From: Gemmatimonadota bacterium
GTDB lineage: Bacteria > Gemmatimonadota > Gemmatimonadetes > Longimicrobiales > RSA9
Assembly: GCA_039715185.1 (NCBI GenBank)
Contig: JBDLIA010000005.1
Coordinates: 6,587 to 70,586, forward strand
Direction of reading: 5' to 3'
Length of the DNA stretch: 64,000 nt
The notes below the pieces were generated by a model that had not been told where the DNA came from, ran no database searches, and saw only the letters and a program-made list of their open reading frames with translations. Both the position numbers and the translations under genes were made by a program. Of the stretch, positions 9,704 to 18,906 are shown one piece after another (positions within the stretch are counted from its first letter, which is position 1; each line of letters starts with the position of its first letter).

Positions 9704-10417
9704 ATGAAGCCGCCGCCCGGTCCAGCGAATCTCCGGGTCGCGGAAACCGGAAGTTCCGAAGACGGTCCCAACAGAGGAGACTGGCCCCCTTTGAGACTGC
9801 TGTGCGTAGCCGGCGCGTCCGGCACTGGCAAAACCACACTCTTGGAGCGGCTGTTGGAAAGCCTTCCCATCGATCGCGGCCGCGTGGCGTTGATCAAGCA
9901 CACGCACCACGAGCTGAGCTGGCACCCCCCTGCGAAGGACTCAACCCGGTTCGCCCAGGCGGGCGCGGGAGCGGTCGTCGTCATCGATCCGGCTCAGATC
10001 GCCAGCTTTACGCGCGCGCGACGGAGCCCGGCGCGGGACATGCCGACCAACCCCGGCGAAAGCTCGGAGGGCCTGGACAGAACGCGCCGTCTCTTGGACG
10101 CGTGTGCGACGCTGCCCGAGTCGATCGAACTCGTCCTGGCGGAAGGTTGGATGATGTCCCTCGTGCCGAAGGTGTTGATCACCGACGACAGCAAGGAATT
10201 GCCGCCCCTGGATCGGATACCGGAGGTTCGCGCGCTCATCGCCGTCGAGAGCGAAACACTCGACGGAACGTCCCCGGGCCCGAAGGAACGTGCGCCCGGC
10301 GTTGGCTCGCTGCCGGTGTACGCGCGGGACGATGTGGCGGAACTCGCTGCCAGGATCTGGCAATGGGCCGAGCCGGTGAGCGCTCTGCGAGAGGCCGCCG
10401 GCGCCCGGCAACCCTGA
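9704..10417 (+). CDS. mobB: molybdopterin-guanine dinucleotide biosynthesis adaptor MobB, with extended C-terminus
   Basis: CVAGASGTGKTTLLERL P-loop followed by ALIKHTHH and DSTRFAQAGA, typical of MobB. Start uncertain: ATG 9704 or TTG 9791, just before the P-loop. Confidence 0.8.
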   Translation: MKPPPGPANLRVAETGSSEDGPNRGDWPPLRLLCVAGASGTGKTTLLERLLESLPIDRGRVALIKHTHHELSWHPPAKDSTRFAQAGAGAVVVIDPAQIASFTRARRSPARDMPTNPGESSEGLDRTRRLLDACATLPESIELVLAEGWMMSLVPKVLITDDSKELPPLDRIPEVRALIAVESETLDGTSPGPKERAPGVGSLPVYARDDVAELAARIWQWAEPVSALREAAGARQP

Positions 10418-10476
10418 GGCCTGAAGCATGACGCGGTAGGCGGCTGGCTCACCCAGCGCCACCGACAGGTCACCCT

Positions 10477-10818
10477 TCAGGCGTCTGGCGCTCCCGCCGT
10501 CTCCCTCGCCTCCAGCACCTCTTCGATCCACTTGAGCGCGGCCACGCTGCTCGGGAATCCGACCGTGGTGGCCGCCAGCAGCGCGACCTGTTCGATCTCC
10601 TCGCTCGTGGCTCCCGCCTGCAGCGACTGGCGGACTTGCGACTGCACCGCACCCCTGTAGCGGGCCCCGATCGCCACCCCGAGCTTGGCCAGGTGCCGTG
10701 ATTTTCGGTCCAGCGGGCCGGCAGCGTGACAGGCGCCTGCCAGCGCCTCGTGCCGGTCGAACACGTCGGGGTAGCGGCCACGCAACTTCTGGAAGAACGG
10801 GGGCAGGTACTCGGACAA
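10477..10818 (-). CDS. carboxymuconolactone decarboxylase (AhpD-like) family protein
   Basis: 113 aa with a CMD-family pattern: LDRKSRHLAKLGVAIGARYRGAVQSQVRQSLQAGATSEEIEQVALLAATTVGFPS. Confidence 0.85.
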   Translation of the reverse strand: MSEYLPPFFQKLRGRYPDVFDRHEALAGACHAAGPLDRKSRHLAKLGVAIGARYRGAVQSQVRQSLQAGATSEEIEQVALLAATTVGFPSSVAALKWIEEVLEARETAGAPDA

Positions 10819-10890
10819 GCGTCACCTCCTCGGGCTGGGTTGGGCCGATCGCAACCTAACTCCTTGACGGTCCCGCGATGGGCGCTTATT

Positions 10891-10903
10891 TCCTAATATA
10901 GGA
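10891..10903. promoter_or_regulatory. AT-rich palindrome TCCTAATATAGGA in the rrf2/nar upstream region (candidate operator), downstream of a TTGACG -35-like hexamer at 10864-10869
   Basis: The 5-bp arms TCCTA/TAGGA are separated by 3 nt, inside the only AT-rich patch of the 124-bp divergent spacer. TTGACG-N17-TATTTC lies immediately upstream. Confidence 0.35.
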
Positions 10904-10942
10904 CTAAACGGGTCCGCTTACTCCTTTGATTGGCGAATCCCT

Positions 10943-11365
10943 GTGCAGTTGACGCGCGAAAGCGAACACGCCATTCGGGGCCTCGGTTTTCTGGCCACCC
11001 TACCGCGTGACCGGCACATCCCCTTGTCGGAGATCGCCCTCGCACGGGACCTGCCCCCCTCCTTCCTGGCCAAGACCTTCCAGAAGCTGGCGAGGCACGG
11101 ACTCGTCGAATCGGCGCGCGGGCGCGGGAAGGGCTACGCGCTCGCCAAGCCGGCAGGCGAAATCAACGTCCTGGACATCGTCGTCGCGGTGGAGGGGTCG
11201 ATCCTGCTGACCCGTTGCCTCCTGTGGGCGGCGCGTTGCCACGACCACGACCCCTGTCCTCTGCACCACCTGCTCAAGGATCGGGTTCGCCTACTCGAGG
11301 CAAGCCTTAGGGAGATCACGCTGTCCGATGTTGCCGAATCTGGACTCGACTCCGGAGGCGAGTGA
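10943..11365 (+). CDS. Rrf2-family transcriptional regulator, NsrR/IscR-like with three clustered Cys
   Basis: GTG start. N-terminal Rrf2 HTH (QLTRESEHAIRGLGFLA...LPPSFLAKTFQKLARHGLVESARGRGKGY). Cys triad CLLWAARCHDHDPC followed by HH. Ends 1 nt before narC. Confidence 0.88.
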   Translation: MQLTRESEHAIRGLGFLATLPRDRHIPLSEIALARDLPPSFLAKTFQKLARHGLVESARGRGKGYALAKPAGEINVLDIVVAVEGSILLTRCLLWAARCHDHDPCPLHHLLKDRVRLLEASLREITLSDVAESGLDSGGE

Positions 11366-11366
11366 G

Positions 11367-12248
11367 ATGATGAGGTACGCGACCGGTCGCCGCCGGTGCT
11401 GGCCCCGTTTCGCGGGCAAGGCTCTGGCGCTGGTGCTCGCCGGGACCCTGTCGTTGGCGGTTTCGCCGGCCGCTGCGATGCAGGCCCCGTCCGCGGCCGT
11501 CACCGCCCAGGCGGACGCGAGCCAGGGACAGATGCTTTACGAGACGAAGTGCGCAGCGTGCCACAGCCTCGGCGCCGACCGGCTCGTGGGCCCGGGCCTG
11601 GCCGACGTCACGACGCGCCGGGAAACCGCCTGGCTGGACGCCTTCATCACCGATCCGGCGCCGATGCTCGCCGGCGGCGATTCGATAGCCGTCGCGCTGC
11701 TGGCCGAGTACCAGCTGCCCATGCCCGCGCTGGGTCTCACGGACGACGAAGTCGACGCCATACTCGCCTTCCTCGAAGCGCCCACGCCGGTGTCTGGTGG
11801 GGCGACGTCCGAAGCGGCCGACGGCGACGCTACCACCGGGAGGGCGCTCTTCACCGGGGAGAAGCGCCTGGCCAACGGCGGCCCGGCTTGCCTCTCCTGC
11901 CACTCGGCCGTTGAAGTCGGGCTGGCCGGCGGCGGCAACCTCGCGGTGGACCTGTCGCCGGCTTCGGCCAAGTACGGAGCTGCGCTCCCAGGCGTGCTCG
12001 GGACCGCGCCGTTTCCGGTCATGCAGGATGTCTTTGCGGACCATCCGCTGACGGGCGAGGAGATAGCCGATCTCGCCGCGTTCCTTGGAGCTCGATCGGA
12101 CGAAGTCCGCGCCACCGCAGCGTCGTCGGCGCTCGCCTTCCCCATGACCGGACTGGGAGGCGCGGTCGCGCTGCTGCTGCTGGCCGGGGTGCTGTGGAGA
12201 GGACGTCTGAGGGGCGTCCGCAAGCCGTTGATCGGAGGCCACCGATGA
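11367..12248 (+). CDS. narC: membrane-anchored periplasmic dihaem cytochrome c, NarC-like
   Basis: Signal peptide, two CxxCH motifs (CAACH, CLSCH) and a C-terminal TM helix ([14 protein letters not shown]). ATGA overlap with narG. Same position as narC in the Thermus narCGHJI operon. Confidence 0.85.
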   Translation: MMRYATGRRRCWPRFAGKALALVLAGTLSLAVSPAAAMQAPSAAVTAQADASQGQMLYETKCAACHSLGADRLVGPGLADVTTRRETAWLDAFITDPAPMLAGGDSIAVALLAEYQLPMPALGLTDDEVDAILAFLEAPTPVSGGATSEAADGDATTGRALFTGEKRLANGGPACLSCHSAVEVGLAGGGNLAVDLSPASAKYGAALPGVLGTAPFPVMQDVFADHPLTGEEIADLAAFLGARSDEVRATAASSALAFPMTGLGGAVALLLLAGVLWRGRLRGVRKPLIGGHR

Positions 12249-15200
12249 GTTGGATCAAGGACGTCACGGACCCGAAGTTTCGGGTCTGGGAGGAGTTCTA
12301 CCGCAATCGGTGGCAGTACGACCGGAAGGTGCGTAGCACGCACGGCGTCAACTGCACGGGCGGCTGCAGTTGGGAAATCTTCGTCAAGGACGGGATCGTC
12401 ACCTGGGAAATGCAGGCCACCGATTACCCCAAGCTGGAAAACGGCCTCCCGCCCTACGAGCCACGCGGCTGTCAACGCGGAATCTCGTTCTCATGGTACC
12501 TGTACAGCCCGATCCGCGTGAAGCACCCCTACATCCGTGGAGTACTCGCCGACCTGTGGGCCGAGGCCAAGGATCGGCACGCGGATCCGGTCGAGGCCTG
12601 GACTTCGATCGTGGAGAACCCCGACGCGCGCGCGAGCTTCCACCGGGCGCGGGGCAAGGGCGGCTTCCGTCGGGCCTCGTGGGACGACGTCCTGGAGATC
12701 CAGGCCGCGGCCAACATCTACACCATCAAGAAGTACGGCCCGGACAGGGTGATCGGCTTCTCGCCGATTCCCGCCATGTCGATGCTCAGCTACGCGGGCG
12801 GATCCCGCCTCCTGCAGCTCATGGGAGGGGTCAACCTCAGCTTCTACGACTGGTACAGCGATCTCCCGCCCGCCTCGCCCGAAGTGTGGGGCGAGCAGAC
12901 CGACGTTTGCGAGAGCGCGAGCTGGTACAACGCCAAGTACATCGTGGTGATGGGGTCGAACCTGAACATGACCCGCACCCCGGACGTGCACTTCGTGGCG
13001 GAAGCCAGGCACAACGGCTCCAAGCTGGTGGTGTTCTCGCCGGACCTCAGCCAGGTGTCGCGCTACGCCGACTGGTGGGTGCCGGTGCACGCCGGCCAGG
13101 ACGGGGCGTTCTGGATGGCGGCCAACCACGTGATCCTCAAGGAGTTCCACGCCGACCGGCAGGTACCCTACTTCACGGACTATCTGAAGCGGTACAGCGA
13201 CGGGCCCTTCCTGGTCACCCTCGAGCCCACGGAAGAGGGGTGGCAGCCCTCGCGTCTGCTCCGGGCGAGCGACCTGGAGCGGTACGCCGACGTCGACAAC
13301 CCGGACTTCAAGTTCACGGTATTCGACGAACGAGCCGGCGCGCCCCGGCTGCCGACAGGCAGCCTCGGATTCCGCTGGGAGAAGCCCGGCGGCAAGTGGA
13401 ACCTGCAGATGAAGGACGGCGTCGACGGCTCGGAAATCGCGCCGGCGCTTTCGTTCCTGGAGGCTCACGACGAGGTGGCGCTGGTGAAGTTCTCGGACTT
13501 CGCCGAAGACGTGGTGCGTGGGCGCGGCGTGCCGATCCGCTACGTCGACACAAAGCGCGGCCGCGTCGCGGTTGCCACCAGCTTCGACCTGCTCATGGCG
13601 CAGTTCGGCGTTTCGCGCGGGCTGGACGGCGACTACCCCGCCGGGTACGACGACCCCACCAGCCCTTACACGCCGGCCTGGCAGGAGCGCTACACCGGGA
13701 TTTCCGCCGACACGGTCACCAAGTTCGCGCGCGAGTTCGCCAAGAACGCGGAGGCGACCCGCGGCAAGAACACCGTGATCATCGGCGCCGGCATCAACCA
13801 CTGGTACCACAACAACCTCATATACCGGGGCCCGATCACGGGCCTCATGCTGACCGGTTCGGTCGGCGTGGACGGAGGCGGGCTGGCGCACTACGTGGGG
13901 CAGGAGAAGCTCGCGCCCGCGGCGCCGTGGGGGACCATCGCCTTCGCCAAGGACTGGCTCAAGCCGCCCAGGCTACAGAACGCGCCCTCGTTCCACTACG
14001 TGCACACCGACCAGTGGCGCTACGAGACCGGCTTCAGGGAATACGACGCGCTGCACGGCGACGACCTGACCAGGGGCCACACGATAGACCAGCAGGTGCG
14101 AGCGGTGCGGCTCGGCTGGCTTCCGTTCTACCCGCAGTTCCCCCGCAACAGCCTGGACCTGGTGCGAGACGCCCGGGACGCCGGTGCGGGGAGCGACCAG
14201 GAGGTCGTGGACTGGGTGGCCGAGCGCATCCGGACGCGCGAGCTGAAGTTCTCCGTCGAAGACCCCGACGCCCCCGAGAACTGGCCCCGGGTCTGGTACA
14301 TCTGGCGCGGCAACGCGCTGATGTCGAGCGCGAAGGGACACGAGTACTTCCTGCGCCATTACCTGGGTACGCACGACAACGCAATCGCCGACGAGAAGGC
14401 CGCCGGCACCACCAGCGAGGTGGAGTACGTGGACGAGCTTCCGCGCGGGAAGTTCGACCTGATCGTGGACCTCAACTTCCGCATGGACACGTCCGCGCTG
14501 TATTCGGACATTGTCCTGCCGGCGGCCACCTGGTACGAAAAGGACGACCTCAACACGACCGACCTGCACTCGTTCATCCACCCCCTGACGCAGGCGGTAC
14601 CACCGTGCTGGGAGTCGCGCAGCGACTGGGACATCTTCAAGTCCATCGCGAAGGCCACGGCCGAACTGGCGCGCGTCCACCTGCCCGATCCGGTCAAGGA
14701 CATCGTGGCGGTGCCTCTCCAGCACGACTCCCCGGACGAGATGGCTCAGAGCTCGGTGCGAGACTGGCTCACGGGCGAGTGCGAGTACGTGCCGGGCAAG
14801 ACCGGCCCCAAGCTGATGGTCGTCGAGCGGGATTACGCGCGCCTGCACGAACGCTTCATCAGCTTCGGACCGGCGGCTCGCGACGGCATCGGCGCGCACG
14901 GCACCAGTTGGGGCATCGAGGATCAGTACGATGAACTGGTCCGAAGCGGGCCCACGGTGTCGGTGAACGGGGATCGGCACCCGTCGCTCGAAGACGCGGT
15001 GGAAGCCGCCAACGTGATCCTGGCGCTCGCCCCCGAAACCAACGGGGAATCCGCGTACCGCGCGTTCAAGGCACACGAGGAGAAGGTGGGGCTTCCGCTG
15101 GCGGACCTGGCGGAGCCGTACCGCGGCGTGCGCATGACCTTCGAGGACATCATAGCGCAGCCGCGCCGTCTCCTCACGAGCCCCATCTGGTCCGGACTCA

Positions 15201-15856
15201 GCAACGACGGCAGGCCGTACTCCCCGTTCACGTACAACGTGGAGCGGCTCGTGCCATGGCGTACGCTTACCGGCCGGCAGCATTTCTACCTGGACCACCC
15301 GGGCTACATCGACTTCGGCGAGCACCTGCCCACCTACAAGCCCAAGTGCGACGCGGTGGCGTACGGGGATCTTCGCAAGAGCGAGGGGGACGAGAACAGC
15401 CTGCTGCTCAACTACCTGACGCCGCACGGCAAGTGGCACATCCACTCGACCTATTACGACAACCACCGCATGCTCACGCTGTCGCGCGGGATTGAGCCGT
15501 TCTGGCTCAACGACCAGGAGGCGGAGTCGGTCGGCATCGCCGACAACGACTGGGTGGAGGTCCACAACGACCACGGCGTGGTGGTCACGCGGGCCGTGGT
15601 CAGCTCACGCATACCTCCGGGTGTTTGCATCTTCTACCACTCGCCCGAAAGGACGATTTCCGTCCCCAAGTCGCCCATTCGCGGCAACCGCCGGGCCGGG
15701 GGGCACAACAGCCTCACCCGCACTCGCCTCAAGCCCGTCCTCATGATGGGCGGCTACGGCCAGTTCACTTACCACTTCAACTACTGGGGACCGACGGGCG
15801 TGAACCGGGACACACACGTCTTGGTGCGAAAGCTCGCAGGCAAGCCGCGCTGGTAG
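12245..15856 (+). CDS. narG: respiratory nitrate reductase alpha subunit NarG
   Basis: About 1200 aa. N-terminal FS0 motif [11 protein letters not shown] and no twin-arginine signal. Mo-bisPGD enzyme family sequence throughout. Start at ATG 12245, not the ORF-track 12194. Confidence 0.97.
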   Translation: MSWIKDVTDPKFRVWEEFYRNRWQYDRKVRSTHGVNCTGGCSWEIFVKDGIVTWEMQATDYPKLENGLPPYEPRGCQRGISFSWYLYSPIRVKHPYIRGVLADLWAEAKDRHADPVEAWTSIVENPDARASFHRARGKGGFRRASWDDVLEIQAAANIYTIKKYGPDRVIGFSPIPAMSMLSYAGGSRLLQLMGGVNLSFYDWYSDLPPASPEVWGEQTDVCESASWYNAKYIVVMGSNLNMTRTPDVHFVAEARHNGSKLVVFSPDLSQVSRYADWWVPVHAGQDGAFWMAANHVILKEFHADRQVPYFTDYLKRYSDGPFLVTLEPTEEGWQPSRLLRASDLERYADVDNPDFKFTVFDERAGAPRLPTGSLGFRWEKPGGKWNLQMKDGVDGSEIAPALSFLEAHDEVALVKFSDFAEDVVRGRGVPIRYVDTKRGRVAVATSFDLLMAQFGVSRGLDGDYPAGYDDPTSPYTPAWQERYTGISADTVTKFAREFAKNAEATRGKNTVIIGAGINHWYHNNLIYRGPITGLMLTGSVGVDGGGLAHYVGQEKLAPAAPWGTIAFAKDWLKPPRLQNAPSFHYVHTDQWRYETGFREYDALHGDDLTRGHTIDQQVRAVRLGWLPFYPQFPRNSLDLVRDARDAGAGSDQEVVDWVAERIRTRELKFSVEDPDAPENWPRVWYIWRGNALMSSAKGHEYFLRHYLGTHDNAIADEKAAGTTSEVEYVDELPRGKFDLIVDLNFRMDTSALYSDIVLPAATWYEKDDLNTTDLHSFIHPLTQAVPPCWESRSDWDIFKSIAKATAELARVHLPDPVKDIVAVPLQHDSPDEMAQSSVRDWLTGECEYVPGKTGPKLMVVERDYARLHERFISFGPAARDGIGAHGTSWGIEDQYDELVRSGPTVSVNGDRHPSLEDAVEAANVILALAPETNGESAYRAFKAHEEKVGLPLADLAEPYRGVRMTFEDIIAQPRRLLTSPIWSGLSNDGRPYSPFTYNVERLVPWRTLTGRQHFYLDHPGYIDFGEHLPTYKPKCDAVAYGDLRKSEGDENSLLLNYLTPHGKWHIHSTYYDNHRMLTLSRGIEPFWLNDQEAESVGIADNDWVEVHNDHGVVVTRAVVSSRIPPGVCIFYHSPERTISVPKSPIRGNRRAGGHNSLTRTRLKPVLMMGGYGQFTYHFNYWGPTGVNRDTHVLVRKLAGKPRW

Positions 15857-15887
15857 GTCGAACGAACGCGACCCGAGAGGACTCCGA

Positions 15888-17378
15888 ATGGACGTGCGTG
15901 CACAGGTATCGATGGTCTTCCACCTGGACAAGTGCATCGGCTGCCACACCTGCAGCGTCGCCTGCAAGAACGTGTGGACGGACCGCGAAGGCACCGAGTA
16001 CATGTGGTGGAACAACGTGGAGACCAAGCCGGGCACGGGCTATCCCACGCTGTGGGAGGACCAGGACAAGTACCGGGGCGGCTGGGAGTTGAAGAACGGC
16101 AAGCCCAAGCTGCGCATCCAGGGCAAGGCGGCCAGCCTGGGCAACATCTTCCACAACCGGAAGCTGCCGGTCCTGGACGACTACTACGAGCCTTTCACGT
16201 ACCGGTACCAGGATCTCTTCGACGCGCCGGCTTCGGACGACCAGCCCACGGCCCGCCCCATTTCCATGGTCACGGGCAAGGATATGGACATCGAGGCCGG
16301 TCCCAACTGGGACGACGACCTGGGTGGATCCCCGGTCTACGCCGAGAACGACTTCAATCTGCGCGAGCTGAGCGAGCACGAGCGCAAGGCGCTGTTCGAG
16401 ACCGAGCGCATGATCCACTTCTATCTGCCGCGCATCTGCAACCACTGCTTGAACGCGGGCTGCGTGGCGGCCTGTCCGGCGGGAGCGATCTACAAGAGGG
16501 GCGAGGACGGCGTGGTGCTGGTCAACCAGAACAAATGCCGCGCCTGGCGCATGTGCATCTCCGGTTGTCCGTACAAGAAGGTCTACTACAACTGGGGCTC
16601 GGGGAAGTCGGAGAAGTGCATCCTCTGCTTCCCGCGCCTCGAGACGGGGCAGGCGCCAGCCTGCTTCCATTCGTGCGTGGGACGGATCCGCTACCTCGGG
16701 CTGCTCCTGTACGACGCAGACCGCATCCCCGAGGCGGTCGGCGCCCCGGATGAGGACCTGGTGGAGGCGCAGCGCGACATCATTCTGGACCCGTTCGATC
16801 CGGAGGTGATCGCCGAGGCACGACGCAGTGGAATCGACCCTTTGTGGATCGAGTCCGCCCAGAAGTCGCCGGTCTACAAGTACGTGAAGGAGTGGAAGCT
16901 CGCGCTGCCCCTGCACCCGGAGGCGCGCACGCTGCCCATGCTCTTCTACGTGCCGCCCCTCCTTCCCGTAATGGCCTCCATGAACGGGGGCAACTACGAA
17001 ATCGACGGGGCGGACTACTTCGGCTCGCTGGAGCAGGCGCGAGTCCCGCTGCGCTACCTGGCGCGCCTGTTCGCCGCCGGCAACGAGGGCATCCTGCGCA
17101 CGGTCATCGAAAAGTTGATCGCGGTGCGGCTCATGCGCAGACAGGAAACCGTGGGCGATGATGTCGGGTCGGACGTTGACGCCGTTCTGGCGGCGACTGG
17201 CCTCACGCGGGAGGTGGCCGATGCGATCTACCGGCTGACGTCGCTACCCACGTTCGAGGAGCGGTTCGTGGTGCCGCCGTACCACCGCGAGATGGCGATA
17301 GAGATGATGGAGGACCCGCTCGGCCATAAGGGTGCGGCGGGGGTCGGCGCACGCGTGCCGGCGAAGCGGGGGCCATGA
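15888..17378 (+). CDS. narH: respiratory nitrate reductase beta subunit NarH
   Basis: Four Fe-S Cys groups (CIGCHTCSVACK; CNHCLNAGCVAACP; CRAWRMCISGCP; CILCFPR...CFHSC). Length and order are typical. Confidence 0.97.
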   Translation: MDVRAQVSMVFHLDKCIGCHTCSVACKNVWTDREGTEYMWWNNVETKPGTGYPTLWEDQDKYRGGWELKNGKPKLRIQGKAASLGNIFHNRKLPVLDDYYEPFTYRYQDLFDAPASDDQPTARPISMVTGKDMDIEAGPNWDDDLGGSPVYAENDFNLRELSEHERKALFETERMIHFYLPRICNHCLNAGCVAACPAGAIYKRGEDGVVLVNQNKCRAWRMCISGCPYKKVYYNWGSGKSEKCILCFPRLETGQAPACFHSCVGRIRYLGLLLYDADRIPEAVGAPDEDLVEAQRDIILDPFDPEVIAEARRSGIDPLWIESAQKSPVYKYVKEWKLALPLHPEARTLPMLFYVPPLLPVMASMNGGNYEIDGADYFGSLEQARVPLRYLARLFAAGNEGILRTVIEKLIAVRLMRRQETVGDDVGSDVDAVLAATGLTREVADAIYRLTSLPTFEERFVVPPYHREMAIEMMEDPLGHKGAAGVGARVPAKRGP

Positions 17379-18127
17379 GCACGGCGGAAGCGCTGGGCAC
17401 GGCGGCGGCCGCGGGCGGCGCGAAGGTGGAGGTGGAGGGCGCGAGCACCCCCCCGAGCGGGCCGACGTTACTGCTTCTGGCGCGAACCCTGGACTACCCG
17501 GGGGCGACCACCGCGGCGGCCCGCGCCGAGTTGCAGCGGCTACTGGCCGCCGCCCGGCCCGCCGCTGCGCGGTCACTCGAGGCGCATCGGGAAGCGGTGG
17601 ACGTGCTGTCCCTACACGCGCAACAGGAACTCTACGCCGCGACGTTCGACACAAACCCCTCGGTGTGCCTGTACGTCGGTTACCACCTGTTCGGCGACAG
17701 CTACCAGCGGGGCGCGTTCATGGCGCACCTCAACGGCACCTACGGCGAGTCCGGCTTCGAGACCGGGCAGGAGTTGCCGGACCACCTCAGCGTGGTGCTC
17801 CGCTTCCTGGCCCACAGCGAAGTCCTCGAGGAGCCCGCCCCGGGCCTGGAGGGGGGACGGGACGCGTGGGTGGCGGAGCTGATCGACGAAGCGATCGTGC
17901 CGGCCACTCGAGCGATCGTGCGCTCCTTCGAGGGCACCGAGAATCCGTACGCGGCGCTGCTGGCGGCCGTTCTGGAAACGGTCAGGCGGCCCGGCGACGA
18001 AGGCGGCGGGCGAAACGATCGGACCAGGGCGCGTTCGCTGCCGGTCATGCAGACACACGGGCCACCCGAGACACGCCCGCCCGGAGCGGCGGGCGGCTGG
18101 ATCGCGCGGCGGCCCGAACACATGTAA
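17375..18127 (+). CDS. narJ: nitrate reductase molybdenum cofactor assembly chaperone NarJ, with Arg/Gly/Pro-rich C-terminal tail
   Basis: ATGA overlap with narH. NarJ/TorD-like core (ELYAATFDTNPSVCLYVGYHLFGDSYQRGAFMAHL...LPDHLSVVLRFLA). The last ~60 aa are low complexity. Confidence 0.88.
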   Translation: MSTAEALGTAAAAGGAKVEVEGASTPPSGPTLLLLARTLDYPGATTAAARAELQRLLAAARPAAARSLEAHREAVDVLSLHAQQELYAATFDTNPSVCLYVGYHLFGDSYQRGAFMAHLNGTYGESGFETGQELPDHLSVVLRFLAHSEVLEEPAPGLEGGRDAWVAELIDEAIVPATRAIVRSFEGTENPYAALLAAVLETVRRPGDEGGGRNDRTRARSLPVMQTHGPPETRPPGAAGGWIARRPEHM

Positions 18128-18141
18128 TCCGGGGACGAACC

Positions 18142-18837
18142 ATGTCGCTCAACGCGGACCTGATCCTGTTCGTCGTGCTCCCCTACGTGGCCGTGGCGCT
18201 CGCGGTGATCGTGAGCGTCAGGCGCTACTTTTCGGACGGCTTCTCGTTCTCCTCGCTTTCCTCCCAGTTCCTGGAGAGCGGGCGCCTGTTCTGGGGATCG
18301 GTGGCTTTCCACTACGGTCTGCTCGTGGTCCTCGCGGGCCACCTCATCGCCCTCCTGGTACCGAGCGGAGTGATCGCCTTCAGCCGAGTGCCGGTGCGCC
18401 TGTTCCTGCTCGAGGCCACGGGGCTGGCTTTCGGGCTGCTGGCGCTCGTGGGCGTGGTCCTCCTCTCCTACCGCCGCGCTTCCGTGTCCAGGGTGCGGGC
18501 GGTGACCTCGCGCTGGGACGTCATCCTGCTGCTGCTCTTGCTGTCCCAGATCGCGACCGGCGTGTTCACGGCGATATTCCATAGGTGGGGTGCGGCGTGG
18601 TCCGTTCACACGGCGATCCCCTACCTGTGGTCGCTGGCCGCGTTGTCGCCCAGGCCGGAGTTGGTTGCGGCCCTACCCCTCATGGCGAGGCTGCACATCA
18701 TCAACGCCTTCGCCCTGATCGCGATCATCCCGTTTACCCGGCTCGTGCACTTCCTGGTCGTTCCCGTCTGGTACCTGTGGAGGCCGTACCAGGTGGTCGT
18801 CTGGAATCGAAAGAGGACGGCGAGTCCCGGCGGATGA
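18142..18837 (+). CDS. narI: respiratory nitrate reductase gamma subunit NarI
   Basis: 231 aa from ATG 18142, inside the longer track ORF 17332..18837. Five hydrophobic helices. Conserved WGSVAFHYG and HIINAF...IPFTRLVH motifs. Confidence 0.93.
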   Translation: MSLNADLILFVVLPYVAVALAVIVSVRRYFSDGFSFSSLSSQFLESGRLFWGSVAFHYGLLVVLAGHLIALLVPSGVIAFSRVPVRLFLLEATGLAFGLLALVGVVLLSYRRASVSRVRAVTSRWDVILLLLLLSQIATGVFTAIFHRWGAAWSVHTAIPYLWSLAALSPRPELVAALPLMARLHIINAFALIAIIPFTRLVHFLVVPVWYLWRPYQVVVWNRKRTASPGG

Positions 18838-18864
18838 CCAAACGGCCGCAGGCCAAGGCCAGCC

Positions 18865-18897
18865 CTACTGGACTGTAACGCTGTTACAGTCCACTAG
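18865..18897. repeat. near-perfect inverted repeat CTACTGGACTGTAAC-GCT-GTTACAGTCCACTAG (copy of the window-wide CTAG-bounded palindromic family)
   Basis: The arms are reverse complements at 14/15 positions. It lies between the narI stop (18837) and the narK start (18907). The core CTGTTACAGTCCACTAG recurs at 34453-34493 (reverse complement) and 45706-45723. Confidence 0.9.
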
Positions 18898-18906
18898 CAC
18901 GGAGGC

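Noticed and set aside
9467-9925. ORFs of 60-152 aa inside the pilB/mobB spacer (9423..9605, 9467..9925, 9487..9702, 9562..9984, 9642..9839).
   Set aside because: They overlap one another in several frames, have Arg-rich low-complexity translations, lack SD or start context, and have no recognisable domains.
10926-10940. An FNR/DNR-type box upstream of rrf2-nar (TTGATTGGCGAATCC).
   Set aside because: Only the TTGAT half-site matches. The second half (GAATC/AATCC) does not give ATCAA at N4 spacing, and the motif abuts the start codon.
18871-18891. Reading the palindromic repeats as LexA/SOS boxes (CTGT...ACAG) or as integron attC sites (..TGTAAC / GTTACAG..).
   Set aside because: The spacing is CTGT-N9-ACAG here and CTGT-AA-CAG at 34479, not CTGT-N8-ACAG. 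The arms do not fit the RYYYAAC/GTTRRRY cores. The flanking genes are core housekeeping genes rather than cassettes, and no integrase is present.
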